Shown here in pieces: positions 1 to 8,917 of a stretch of DNA of 24,000 nucleotides (position 1 is its first letter; each line of letters starts with the position of its first letter). Both the position numbers and the translations under genes were made by a program. The notes under the pieces were generated by a model, which had not been told where the DNA came from, ran no database searches, and worked only from the letters and a program-made list of their open reading frames with translations. This DNA comes from Candidatus Methanomethylicia archaeon (GTDB lineage: Archaea > Thermoproteota > Methanomethylicia > CALHIW01). The DNA lies in assembly GCA_038845975.1 (NCBI GenBank), contig JAWBQF010000004.1:25366-49365 (forward strand). The letters are read 5' to 3'.

Positions 1-672
1 TACTACAGCTCCATCCTTCCTAATCATTATTTCAATAATGCTTTTTAAATCGCTTGGACTTGTATATCCTGTCGGGTTGTTAGGCATACTTATATAGAAT
101 ACAGAGTCTTGAGTAGCTTTACTTTCAACATCCGATAAATCTATTGATAAATCTTCCTTTACATCAACTCTAACTTCTCTTAATCCATGTGTCCTAGTAG
201 TTCCCGAAGCAGCGTCATACTCCCATCTTGGCATTAAAACATCTATACCCTCCTTAAGTGATCTTAGAGATGCTGCTAGAGCCTGTTGGCCACCAGCAGT
301 TACAATAACTCTGTTTAAATCATTTTCAGATAATGGAATACCATGTATATTCCTAAAATATTCTAATACAAGCTTTTTAATTTGAGGTGTACCTCCAGTT
401 GTACTATATCCTAAGCCCTTAGGGCTCTGGTAGAATGATTCAATAATTCCCTTCCTTAAACCCTCAGCTATAACAGCTAGGCTTTCAGGAAGATTTCTAT
501 TAACTTCAATTTCAAGCTTTGTGAAAAGATTGAATTCAGCTGGAAGTCTACCAACATTTCCACTACTAAAGTCAAATACTGGAAGCTTTCTCACTTCTCT
601 TTCAGCAACTTTAGCCATAGCAGTACGAATAGCTGGTGGTGGTGGAGGAGGAGATAAATAGTTACGCTTCAT
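1..672 (-). CDS. PLP-dependent aminotransferase, class I/II (N-terminal 224 codons; the C-terminus lies beyond the window start)
   Basis: This ORF is missing from the ORF track because it runs off the edge. The reverse-strand frame from ATG (672-670) stays open to position 1. It reads MKRNYLSPPPPPPAIRTAMAKVAEREV...RVIVTAGGQQALAASLRSL...VFYISMPNNPTGY. TAGGxxAL and PNNPTG are hallmark fold-type I aminotransferase motifs. A TATA-like tttatat (702-708, minus sense) lies about 30 nt upstream. Confidence 0.8.
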   Translation of the reverse strand, partial: MKRNYLSPPPPPPAIRTAMAKVAEREVRKLPVFDFSSGNVGRLPAEFNLFTKLEIEVNRNLPESLAVIAEGLRKGIIESFYQSPKGLGYSTTGGTPQIKKLVLEYFRNIHGIPLSENDLNRVIVTAGGQQALAASLRSLKEGIDVLMPRWEYDAASGTTRTHGLREVRVDVKEDLSIDLSDVESKATQDSVFYISMPNNPTGYTSPSDLKSIIEIMIRKDGAVV

Positions 673-726
673 AGTTTCCCAAGATAAAGCTAAATCATAG
701 CATATAAACTTTTCTTAAATATAGCG

Positions 727-1425
727 GGCTTTGTTAACTTAAGCATGTTTTATCATCTCTATTTTGGTTTTTGTTTCTATGAATTCTTAGCTTTATCTTC
801 TTGTTAATCCATATTTGTTAGCTATACTATTGACTTCATAAGCATCGATACATGTTCATTATCACATTTATTCTCCTACATAGTATGTAGTTATCGAATA
901 GTTTACCTATCCTAATGTATTGTATTATCCTCTCCATTAATTCTAACTTCTAAACTGTATAATTCATATTTTAAGCTTAATACTCTACATGGCGTCTTAT
1001 AATAATGAGTTTCACCACTTAACACAATTATATTAGAGCCGTAGATAGCCCTTATTTTCTAAGGAATGTTATTGATGTAAGCATGTTGCAGCATCGCAAA
1101 CCCATACGTATAGAATCCCCCCAATAATGGTTCAACAACATAATAATCTTCCTCATAGAACCTATACTTATAGCATCATCAATCATAACAATTTTAACAT
1201 CCCTTCTACCAAACTCAAATAGAAAGCTTAAGATAAACTATAATATAGATACATGATCCTACAATAATAAGCTTAGAATATCTGAAGTATTTAGATGAAC
1301 TGAAGTATAAGCACTATAAAGCTAGAGTAAATGGACTTCCCATCCTATAAACCTAACAATTTTAACCATACTAACACTATGAATAAGGAAGAGAATCTCC
1401 AAGTAAAGCTAAAGTTAACAAAGCC
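727..1425 (-). mobile_element. IS6-like insertion element of 699 bp with a decayed or absent transposase (MITE-like)
   Basis: The left TIR is ggctttgttaacttaagc (727-744). The right TIR is gctaaagttaacaaagcc (1408-1425). They are inverted, with 17/18 matching. The flanking direct repeats are atatagcg (719-726) and atatagct (1426-1433). No ORF of 60 aa or more lies inside. The longest minus-strand open stretch (about 1060-1245) reads ...RRDVKIVMIDDAISIGSMRKIIMLLNHYWGDS, which is loosely DDE-like. The GGC..TGTT terminus, 8-bp duplication and roughly 0.7-kb size match IS6-family conventions (IS26 IR is GGCACTGTTGCAAA). Confidence 0.65.
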
Positions 1426-1507
1426 ATATAGCTAGCTCTATAAGTTTTAGATATGAGAGCTAATGATTTACTATAAGATATTTAAACTTTAAAACCTATA
1501 TGAAGAG

Positions 1508-1522
1508 TTAAGTTCACAAAGC
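1508..1522. repeat. Solo right-type TIR variant of the IS6-like family
   Basis: ttaagttcacaaagc differs from the right TIR core aagttaacaaagc at one base. It carries the same gtgaac variant seen at 13584-13600 and 13626-13641. Confidence 0.35.
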
Positions 1523-1689
1523 TGAATTATTTCGAAGTCTAAGTATTTTAACTAATATATATTACTTCACGTTTAGTCTGCTTAATGCTATAATAGTTGC
1601 TAACAAAAATCTACAGGCTATATATAGTGGTTTCATGGCTTGTAGAATATTATTATTTTCACTTCATTTATTCACTATTTCATGATTTG

Positions 1690-2274
1690 TTAGGTATAGC
1701 TTCTTAAATCCAACTCGTAATGTATTATTGTTATTACTTGAGAGGCAAAGTACTCTATTTTCCCAATGGAAACCGTTTCTATACCGATTCTTTTTAAGTA
1801 TTCTTCGATTTCTCTAGGTAATCCTTTATGGTCGCCTATTACTGCTGCGAATTTGGATTGGAACTCAAAGTTTCTTATATTTTTCCCTTTTGGATGCATG
1901 TATATAACCTGTTGTTTCCTTACTTTTTCATCAATAAGCTCTTTAAAGCCTAACTTCTTTATAGTAATACCTGGCTCAGACTCTACTTCTCTTTTATCTC
2001 CTAATTTCTCTAATGCTATCCTTATATGTGAAGCTATATTTCTCTCATCAGGTGATGTACGTTTAATCTTTACAGAATCAAATATAATTGTTTTAGGAGG
2101 ATTAGGTGGTCCATTCAAAACAACATATACTTTAACATCTTTCCTAATAGCATCCGAAATAAAAATCGCATTTGATATACATCTAGCTATTAAATCCATT
2201 CTACCTGCCCCAGGCAAATCATCAAGTCTAAACGGCTTCGTAACTCCATGAGTATATATTATGAATTCCCTCAC
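1690..2274 (-). CDS. trmY: tRNA (pseudouridine54-N1)-methyltransferase TrmY (SPOUT, DUF358 family)
   Basis: The ORF is 194 aa with a GTG start. MREFII..., LPGAGRMDLIARCISNAIFIS, NPPKTIIF, SPDERNIA and VIGDHKGL match my recollection of archaeal TrmY (Mj1640 type). Confidence 0.85.
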   Translation of the reverse strand: MREFIIYTHGVTKPFRLDDLPGAGRMDLIARCISNAIFISDAIRKDVKVYVVLNGPPNPPKTIIFDSVKIKRTSPDERNIASHIRIALEKLGDKREVESEPGITIKKLGFKELIDEKVRKQQVIYMHPKGKNIRNFEFQSKFAAVIGDHKGLPREIEEYLKRIGIETVSIGKIEYFASQVITIIHYELDLRSYT

Positions 2275-2523
2275 ATGGAATTATTTTAACTCGCTATAAA
2301 TTAATTTTACCTAAATTGTTAGGACTGTAGTTATATGTTGTTGAGGAATGAATGTAATGGGTTATGTAGTAGTAACCATGAGTTAGTAGTATGCATGATG
2401 AAGTATGATTGTAGAGATAAATATTAAGAACTCATAGAAAACATTTTTAGCAAATATTATAATATCTTAAACTCATAAAGCTTGAAGTAGTAAGCTTAAT
2501 ATTGTGCTGTTCCCTATTTAGCT

Positions 2524-4116
2524 ATGCTTAGATTAAAGGTATGTACTGTTGAGGAGATGGCTAGGCTTGACTTGAAGGCTACTGAAATTTATGGTATTAG
2601 CCAGGATATTTTAATGGAGAATGCTGGACATGCTGTCTACTTTACAATTCTTAAGGAGTACGGTGTTTCTGGAGTAAGGTTTATGGTTGTTGCCGGCCAT
2701 GGAAATAATGGCGGTGATGCTCTTGTAGTTGCCCGTAAACTATATTCTAACGGTGGGAATGTAAAGGTGTTTATTATAGGTGATCCGGAAAGATATAGAG
2801 AGCCTGCTAGGAAAAACTATGAAGTTATATGTAGATTAGGTATTGAGAGGTATATAGTAAGAAGAGATGATGAGCTAAGTATTTTTAGAGAAGCTCTTAA
2901 ATGGGCTGATGTTATTGTAGTAGGTATTTTTGGAACCGGATTATCTGGAGAAGTTACAGGTATATATAGAAAAGCTATAGAGGAGATAAATAGTATAGGT
3001 AAAATTGTTTTTAGTGTTGATATACCTTCAGGAATTAATGGGGATAATGGTAAAGTATGCGGGGTTGCTGTAAAGTCAAACTATACTGTAACTTTTGGAC
3101 TACCCAAACTTGGAAATATATTATATCCAGGATATAGTTACTGTGGTAAGCTTTATGTTTCACATATATCCTATCCTCCGGAGCTATACAATACTGATGA
3201 TGTTAAGGTAGAGATCAATATTCCAACTCCTCCTCCAGTTAGAATTCGATGGGGTCATAAAGGAATGTTTGGTAAGCTTCTAACAATTGCGGGCGCTAGA
3301 AACTATTATGGTGCACCATACTTTTCAGCATTATCATTCCTAAAGGCTGGTGGAGGCTACTCAAGACTAGCAGCTCCTAAATCAATAATTCCATTCATAG
3401 CATCAAAGGCAAGTGAGGTTGTATATATACCTCTAAACGAAACATCTGAAGGATCAATATCAATGGATAATTACGGCTTCATCATGGATCTAATTGAAAA
3501 ATACGATATAGATATTGTTACTCTAGGTCCAGGAACGTCTCTTAATGAAGAGACTCAGGAGTTTATAAGGATGCTTACTAGAGATATTGTAAAGCCTATA
3601 ATAATAGATGGTGATGGATTAACGGCAATATCAAAAGATCTAAATATTGTTAAGAATAGAAAGGCAGTAACAATTCTAACACCTCACCTTGGAGAAATGT
3701 CCAGGTTAACAGGTATAAACATTAAGGAAATCCAGGAGAAAATCATAGAGGTGCTACGTAATACTGCTCAGAATTTAAACTCCTTCATAGTTTTGAAGGG
3801 AGCCCATAGCCTAGTAAGCTATCCTAATGGATACATATACATAAACATGTCAGGAAATCCTGGAATGGCTACAGCAGGATCCGGAGATGTATTAACCGGA
3901 ACAATAGCTGCTATGTATGGTCTAGGCTATGAAGTTAGAGATGCTGTAAGAATGGGTGTATTCATACATGGTTTAGCTGGAGACATAGCAGCTGAAAGAA
4001 TAGGAGAGGATGGAATAACAGCTGAAGACATAATGAACCATCTACCTGAAGCTATGAAGATACTTAGAACAAACATTCAAGAACTTACAAAAAGATATCT
4101 ACCTGAAATAATCTAA
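2524..4116 (+). CDS. nnr: Bifunctional NAD(P)H-hydrate repair enzyme (N-terminal epimerase of YjeF_N type plus C-terminal ADP-dependent dehydratase)
   Basis: The ORF is 530 aa. The N-terminal half carries [14 protein letters not shown]. The C-terminal half carries [21 protein letters not shown] and GSGDVLTG, the carbohydrate-kinase-like signature. Confidence 0.9.
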   Translation: MLRLKVCTVEEMARLDLKATEIYGISQDILMENAGHAVYFTILKEYGVSGVRFMVVAGHGNNGGDALVVARKLYSNGGNVKVFIIGDPERYREPARKNYEVICRLGIERYIVRRDDELSIFREALKWADVIVVGIFGTGLSGEVTGIYRKAIEEINSIGKIVFSVDIPSGINGDNGKVCGVAVKSNYTVTFGLPKLGNILYPGYSYCGKLYVSHISYPPELYNTDDVKVEINIPTPPPVRIRWGHKGMFGKLLTIAGARNYYGAPYFSALSFLKAGGGYSRLAAPKSIIPFIASKASEVVYIPLNETSEGSISMDNYGFIMDLIEKYDIDIVTLGPGTSLNEETQEFIRMLTRDIVKPIIIDGDGLTAISKDLNIVKNRKAVTILTPHLGEMSRLTGINIKEIQEKIIEVLRNTAQNLNSFIVLKGAHSLVSYPNGYIYINMSGNPGMATAGSGDVLTGTIAAMYGLGYEVRDAVRMGVFIHGLAGDIAAERIGEDGITAEDIMNHLPEAMKILRTNIQELTKRYLPEII

Positions 4117-4126
4117 CTAAAACTTA

Positions 4127-4143
4127 GGCTTTGTTAACTTAAG
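4127..4143. repeat. Solo left TIR of the IS6-like family, abutting the truncated IS5 copy
   Basis: ggctttgttaacttaag is a 17/17 match to 727-743. It begins 11 bp after the nnr stop codon. Confidence 0.5.
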
Positions 4144-4852
4144 TTAGGACTGGTAGACCTAGGTTGGGTATTACTCAAATATTATATGGTGTATTGTATG
4201 TTCTTACTACTGGTTGTAGTGGATGCCTGCTAGGTTGGGTATTACTCAACGGCTCTTAGGGGGCTTAAGAAGTGGATGGAGCTAAACATATGGAAGAATA
4301 CACCAATACCCTAATATCTAAAGGATACTCTATGGGTAAGCTTCGGTACAGCTATTATTGATAGTACAACTATTAAGACTAGGAAAGGGGAAGTTAATCA
4401 ATTACGATGGATATAAGCATATTAAGGATGCCTAAGATTCATGTGGTTGTATTACGTGAAGCCCTACCATTAATCAAGTTGGATCTGGCAATGAGTATGA
4501 TTCAAAATGCTTTATACCCTCCTAGAAGACTTAAGGATTAAACATGGTAAACCTAGAGAGGTTGTAGGAGATTCAGCATACAATACTAGAGAGATTAGAG
4601 AATACCCAAGCATAAGAAGATAAAAACAAATATGGATGTCAGTCCAAGGAGTAGATGTAAGCATAAACGTGGAGGATCGTATAGACTCGATAGAAGACAT
4701 ATAGGAGTATGGGGAGCACTGTTGAAAGATTCTTTTCATGGATAAAATCATTCAGGGAATAACAATAAGGTACGAAAGGCTAACATCAACATTCCTAGAA
4801 TTCATACAAGTAGCATACATAATAATATACCTAAAAGTTTTGCAATGGGTTC
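4144..4852 (+). pseudogene. IS5-family insertion sequence, copy A: 5'-truncated, with a frameshifted and stop-riddled transposase
   Basis: It aligns by eye with copy C from ggtagacctagg onward. It retains the right TIR gttttgcaatgggttc (4837-4852). The C-terminal remnant ...RYERLTSTFLEFIQVAYIIIYLKV lies within track ORF 4738..4932. There is an internal perfect 20-bp direct repeat ctaggttgggtattactcaa at 4159-4178 and 4230-4249. Confidence 0.75.
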
Positions 4853-4878
4853 AAATCCAAAACTTATTACAAACAATT

Positions 4879-4918
4879 CAATTGAAAATTGTAAATTTTT
4901 TCAATAAACAATTGAAAA
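4879..4918. promoter_or_regulatory. Two copies of caattgaaaa exactly 30 bp apart, upstream of the AOR gene (candidate operator)
   Basis: The copies are at 4879-4888 and 4909-4918. Each contains the palindrome CAATTG. The first sits inside the inverted repeat acaatt...aattgt. A TATA-like ttactatata at about 4935-4944 follows. Confidence 0.3.
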
Positions 4919-4977
4919 AGTTTATTAGTTAGTTTTACTATATAGTTAATGGGAATTTTATGATTAAAGGAGGATAC

Positions 4978-6858
4978 ATGGGAAAGATTCTTAGGGTTGA
5001 CTTAACTACAGAAAGGATAGTGGAGGAAGGATTACCTTCTGAGGATATTTTAAGGAAATATGTAGGCTGTTTTGGTCTTGGATTATGGTATTTAATAAGA
5101 GAGCTACCTACAGGAGTCAGCCCATTAGAGCCTGAAAACCCTCTAATCTTCATGAACGGTCCCTTTGTTTCTACAGAAGGAACGAAGATTGCAGTTCCAT
5201 CACCAAATAACTGTACTGCTGTGACGTTAAATGCTGATACTGGATTTACAGCAGGAAGATCTCATTCACATGGATGGTTCGGTCCGAGATTGAAGGGGGC
5301 TGGATATGACGGCATTATTATAACTGGAGCCTCGAAAAAATGGGTTTATCTTTGGATTCATGAAGGCGAAGTTGAGATTCGAGATGCAGGAAAGTTTATT
5401 GGAAGAGATACTCATGAAACCGAGGATCTTATTAAGGAGGATTTAGGCTTTACTACGGATCTTCCAGGAAAAGTAAGTGTAGCTGCTATTGGGCCTGCTG
5501 GAGAGAATATGTGTGCAGGAGCACTCATAGAGAATGATAAAAACCATTCATTTTCTCATTCAGGTGTAGGAGCAGTAATGGGGTCTAAAAAGTTGAAGGC
5601 TATTGCAGTTAAAGGAGAGAAACCTGTTCCAATAGTAGATGAGGAGAAGCTAAGGGAAATATCTAGGGAATGGACGAAGGGTGCAAGTACATTAGGATTG
5701 TTTCCAATAGTTGGGCAGGCAGGAGTTCCAAGAAGTAATTATAAAGGTGTTCTAAATCTTGTAGGTTTATCTGCTAAAAACTGGACAACAAACATGCTTC
5801 CTGGCTTCGGTGAAGGAATGACTGAGAAGGGAAAAATAACTCCAAAACCATGTTTTAGATGTCCAGTAGCATGTTCCTATGAGGTTGAAGTAGTAGAGCC
5901 GGGTCCTCTAAAAGGTTATGTAGCTACCTTATCTGGTGGAGGAGAAAATCAAGAAGGAGCTTCCTCTATAGTTGGAGTAGCTGATCCTCCAAGCGTCTGG
6001 TATTTAACAGATTTAAACGACCGCTTAGGATTTGAAACAAGTACTGTAGGCTGCGCTATGGCTGTAGCATTTGAGGCTTATGAGAAGGGTCTTCTTACTA
6101 AAGAACAGACGGATGGCTTAGAGTTAAGATGGGGTGATGTTAAAACCATAGAGACGCTTTTAAGGAAGATTGCTAAGAGAGAAGGTTTCGGTAATCTATT
6201 AGCTGATGGACCTAAAATAGCAGCTGAAAGAGTAGGCTTACCTGAAGCTGCCGTTCATATAAAAGGTTCAGGTATGAATCTACATGATTGGAGGAGAGCT
6301 TGGGGAGTATTACTTGGGCAGATAGTTGGTGGAGGGTCTGGATGGCCTGCTCCAGGAGCTGATTGTTGGACTCCCGAGGCTGATGTGGGCTATCCTGTAA
6401 AAACAAATCCATTAACTCCATTTGGTAAAGCAGAGGAAGTAGCTAAGACTGGAAGGTTAAAGTATTGGAATGACTGTCATGGAAGTTGTTGGTTTGCAAC
6501 TTGGGGTGTTCCAGGTATTCTTAAGTATACTAGTGGGGCTATTTCCGCTATAGTAGGATGGGACTTCACTCCAGAGGAAGCATTAATGGTTGGTGAACGT
6601 GTAATAACTCTTGAAAGAATCTTCAATATTAGGCAGGGTTTAACTGTAGAGGATGATCTAAATGTTTCTCCTAGAATAACAGATCCAGCTCCAGCTGATG
6701 CTGGCCCCGCAGCTGGAAAGAGTATTAAGCCATATTTAGAGGGATGGGTAAGAGACTACTATAGACTTATGGGATGGGATCCAAAAACAGGTAAGCCTCT
6801 AAGATCAACTCTTAGAAAGCTAGGATTAGAGGAATATATATCTTTCATATGGCCGTAA
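4978..6858 (+). CDS. aor: Aldehyde:ferredoxin oxidoreductase family (tungstopterin and [4Fe-4S] enzyme)
   Basis: The track ORF is 4960..6858. I prefer ATG 4978 because MGKILRVDLTT is the canonical AOR N-terminus and aggagg lies 5 nt upstream. The cluster-binding CFRCPVAC is present, and the size is typical (626-632 aa). Confidence 0.9.
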   Translation: MGKILRVDLTTERIVEEGLPSEDILRKYVGCFGLGLWYLIRELPTGVSPLEPENPLIFMNGPFVSTEGTKIAVPSPNNCTAVTLNADTGFTAGRSHSHGWFGPRLKGAGYDGIIITGASKKWVYLWIHEGEVEIRDAGKFIGRDTHETEDLIKEDLGFTTDLPGKVSVAAIGPAGENMCAGALIENDKNHSFSHSGVGAVMGSKKLKAIAVKGEKPVPIVDEEKLREISREWTKGASTLGLFPIVGQAGVPRSNYKGVLNLVGLSAKNWTTNMLPGFGEGMTEKGKITPKPCFRCPVACSYEVEVVEPGPLKGYVATLSGGGENQEGASSIVGVADPPSVWYLTDLNDRLGFETSTVGCAMAVAFEAYEKGLLTKEQTDGLELRWGDVKTIETLLRKIAKREGFGNLLADGPKIAAERVGLPEAAVHIKGSGMNLHDWRRAWGVLLGQIVGGGSGWPAPGADCWTPEADVGYPVKTNPLTPFGKAEEVAKTGRLKYWNDCHGSCWFATWGVPGILKYTSGAISAIVGWDFTPEEALMVGERVITLERIFNIRQGLTVEDDLNVSPRITDPAPADAGPAAGKSIKPYLEGWVRDYYRLMGWDPKTGKPLRSTLRKLGLEEYISFIWP

Positions 6859-6872
6859 AATAACAACTTCAT

Positions 6873-6882
6873 TTTTATAAAC
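6873..6882 (+). promoter_or_regulatory. TATA-box-like element for ycaO
   Basis: tttttataaa lies in the 37-bp AOR-ycaO spacer, flanked by T-tracts that could terminate the AOR transcript. Confidence 0.35.
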
Positions 6883-6895
6883 TCTTTTTTATATT

Positions 6896-8176
6896 ATGGA
6901 GATAAGAAACATAAAGGTAGTTAATAGTGAAACTGGTAGTAGATCTCTTAATCCACCAAGTACTTTAAAGAGGGTAAACAATATACTTCCAAAAGTAGGT
7001 ATAGAGAAGATTGAGCTTATAGATTTAAAATATACTGATAACATTCCAGTATTTAGAGTAAATGAATCAGAGAGGAAATGGTATTGTCATCGAGCTTTAT
7101 ACTACTGGTCAAAGCCTCCATCCCCCCTCAATAAGCCTCCTAGAGAGGCTTACGGTAAAGGTATAACTATTCATCAATCAAGAGCAAGTGCTATAATGGA
7201 GGCTATAGAGAGATATTGTGCACAAATTTTCCCTCATAGTAGGATTATTCATGCAGATTATGATGAGGTAAAGGAATATGCTATTCCACCCTCCAAATTT
7301 TCATTTCCTAAATTTATTCCTCCTAAATGCTGGTATTGTATGGAGAGAGAGTTTAGATGTTTCTCTAATCTTAGCAATGTATGTTATGAATGGACTTGGG
7401 GGTTTTCATTAATAAGGAGGAAACAAGTTCTAGTTCCATCTCCTCTGGTTTACTATCCATACATGTCAAAGAATGGCTACTCATTCATATTTAACGATAC
7501 GGGCGGTCTTGCCTCAGGAAATACTCTAGAGGAAGCAATACTAAGCGGATTAGCCGAGGTAATAGAGAGGGATGCATTATATAATACATTTAATACTGAA
7601 AGTATAGATAATATAAAACTTCTTGAAACTAATGACTTAGATAATAAGTATCTTACAGAGTTCTTCAACAATATTCCTCAAGATAGGGTTTTCATTTTCC
7701 TTATTGAGAATAAGGTAAAAATAAATATTCCCACAATAGCTGCCTTCATATGCTATGTAGCTGGGAAAACAGGCTTTATTTTTGGAGGTTCAGGAACTCA
7801 CCTTAACCTAGAAGTAGCTTTATTAAGAGCAATAACTGAAATGGAGCAACAAAAAGTTAGGAAAAAGATCTTAATAGAGTTTAATAAAAATGATTTATTG
7901 TCCTCAAGCAAAACTCTAATTAACAATACTGTTTCCACTATGCAAGTACATAGTAGATCTACAGAAGATTTAAAGATGGATATAGATCTATATTTAGAAG
8001 AGCTATCTAGAAGTAATATGGATGTTATTGTAGTCGACCTAACACATCCCAATATAGGAATACCTACCGTTAGAATTATAGTACCGGAACTTATATCCTA
8101 TAGTGGAATACCTATCAGGCAAAGCTTCCTAATTAATATCATGAGGGCGGAGGAAAAACTATATAGACTAATTTAG
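6896..8176 (+). CDS. ycaO: YcaO-domain protein (ATP-dependent amide-activating enzyme family), stand-alone
   Basis: The ORF is 426 aa. AYGKGITIHQSRASAIMEAIERYCAQ and GGLASGNTLEEAILSGLAEVIERDALY are the two signature YcaO ATP/Mg-binding segments. An extra C-x2-C-x6-C-x7-C insert involves residues 145, 148, 155 and 163 (nt 7328-7384). Confidence 0.9.
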   Translation: MEIRNIKVVNSETGSRSLNPPSTLKRVNNILPKVGIEKIELIDLKYTDNIPVFRVNESERKWYCHRALYYWSKPPSPLNKPPREAYGKGITIHQSRASAIMEAIERYCAQIFPHSRIIHADYDEVKEYAIPPSKFSFPKFIPPKCWYCMEREFRCFSNLSNVCYEWTWGFSLIRRKQVLVPSPLVYYPYMSKNGYSFIFNDTGGLASGNTLEEAILSGLAEVIERDALYNTFNTESIDNIKLLETNDLDNKYLTEFFNNIPQDRVFIFLIENKVKINIPTIAAFICYVAGKTGFIFGGSGTHLNLEVALLRAITEMEQQKVRKKILIEFNKNDLLSSSKTLINNTVSTMQVHSRSTEDLKMDIDLYLEELSRSNMDVIVVDLTHPNIGIPTVRIIVPELISYSGIPIRQSFLINIMRAEEKLYRLI

Positions 8177-8649
8177 CCTTGACTTACAGAAGTGAAGTAG
8201 CTAATATACCATTAGGATTTTGCTCTTGCTTCCTTAGTTAACAGTTATTTATCTGCTTCCTTATTTTACGTATGCTAGGAACAGTTTAACGACCTGAGCA
8301 GAATGATATTCGCTAAGAACATCTTAAACCTAGCGTATAGCTTACCTATACTATAAGCTCGGCTTAAACGTCTAGCCATATTGAGATTAATGGAAGACTG
8401 TTGAAAAGTGTTAAAGTCCTTGGAGAGTCTTCGAGACATACTTTCTGAGTCCTTGAGGTTAAGCTGTTGATTAATAAGGATATTGAGTCTTATATTTACA
8501 GTTAAGCCTAAACGTGGAAGGGTTAAGAGTAGATTCATTCAGGATAAACTCTCATTATCATTAAAAAAGAAGCTCTTCAGAAAAGCATTGTTCAAGATGT
8601 TGAGAATGTAAGCACAATTCGTAGGACTTGCTAATACCGACCGTAAATA

Positions 8650-8917
8650 GGTCGATGATTACAACATTGATGAATTTAAAAGTTACAATGTCATCGATGC
8701 TTGTTATGAACAAAGGGTAAACTATTTGAGAAGTTACATACTAGGTAAATAATGTGAATGCTATAATTAACATCTAAGAAAGCTCTTAACATCAAAGAGG
8801 AATTTAAGTGGAAAGCATCATTCCACGCTAATGGAGCCTCGTCTTACACAAGAACATGTATGAAAAACTAAATCAGCATGTAATTAGCTAATAGCAATAA
8901 TTATTTATTAGGAAAAC
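8650..8917 (+). repeat. Rearranged relic of the IS6-like family, in inverted orientation relative to 727-1425
   Basis: 8716-8774 (ggtaaactatttgagaagttacatacta...) aligns with the reverse complement of 851-907 (ggtaaactattcgataactacatacta...). The atcgatgctt(g)ttatgaa segment is duplicated out of order. Confidence 0.45.

Noticed and set aside
1149-1198. VKIVMIDDAISIGSMRK on the minus strand of the 699-bp element, which looked like a PRPP-binding (phosphoribosyltransferase) motif.
   Set aside because: It sits inside a TIR- and TSD-bounded repeat family. It is equally compatible with a degraded DDE first-Asp region, and no other PRTase motifs flank it.
1766-2251. Long antisense ORFs inside real genes: 1766..2251(+), 9595..10134(-), 18956..19450(+), 12044..12268(+), 6212..6421(-), 7477..7671(-), 7798..8052(-) and 4938..5153(-).
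   Set aside because: Each lies opposite a confidently identified gene. They have low-complexity Ser/Leu/Ile-rich composition and no recognisable motifs. Purine-rich sense codons naturally suppress stops on the complementary strand.
2425-2437. The 13-mer taagaactcatag shared between 2425-2437 and 19347-19359, partly resembling the IS5 TIR (gaactcat), considered as possible solo TIRs or a shared promoter motif.
   Set aside because: Several 13-mer coincidences are expected by chance in 24 kb of AT-rich sequence read on both strands. The orientation relative to the neighbouring genes differs, and no extended homology is present.
4847-4858. gggttcaaatcc, a T-arm-like tRNA motif.
   Set aside because: The flanks cannot form a T stem or acceptor stem. 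The sequence is simply the right terminus of IS5 copy A plus adjacent bases.
8275-8538. The 87-aa ORF on the minus strand downstream of ycaO, considered as a possible YcaO partner or substrate.
   Set aside because: It has no motif support and lies in IS-derived debris. It has no convincing promoter, and an adjacent open stretch is in a different frame. An ORF of this length is not improbable by chance in 24 kb.
8839-8859. The SSYTRTC / FKWKASFHANG segment, which looked like the YTSxTC zinc-finger region of a TnpB (IS200/IS605 OrfB) pseudogene.
   Set aside because: The same DNA aligns with the 3' end region of the IS6-like family (727-870 reverse complement). No RuvC-I/II motifs appear in the expected order. 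The resemblance is probably coincidental.
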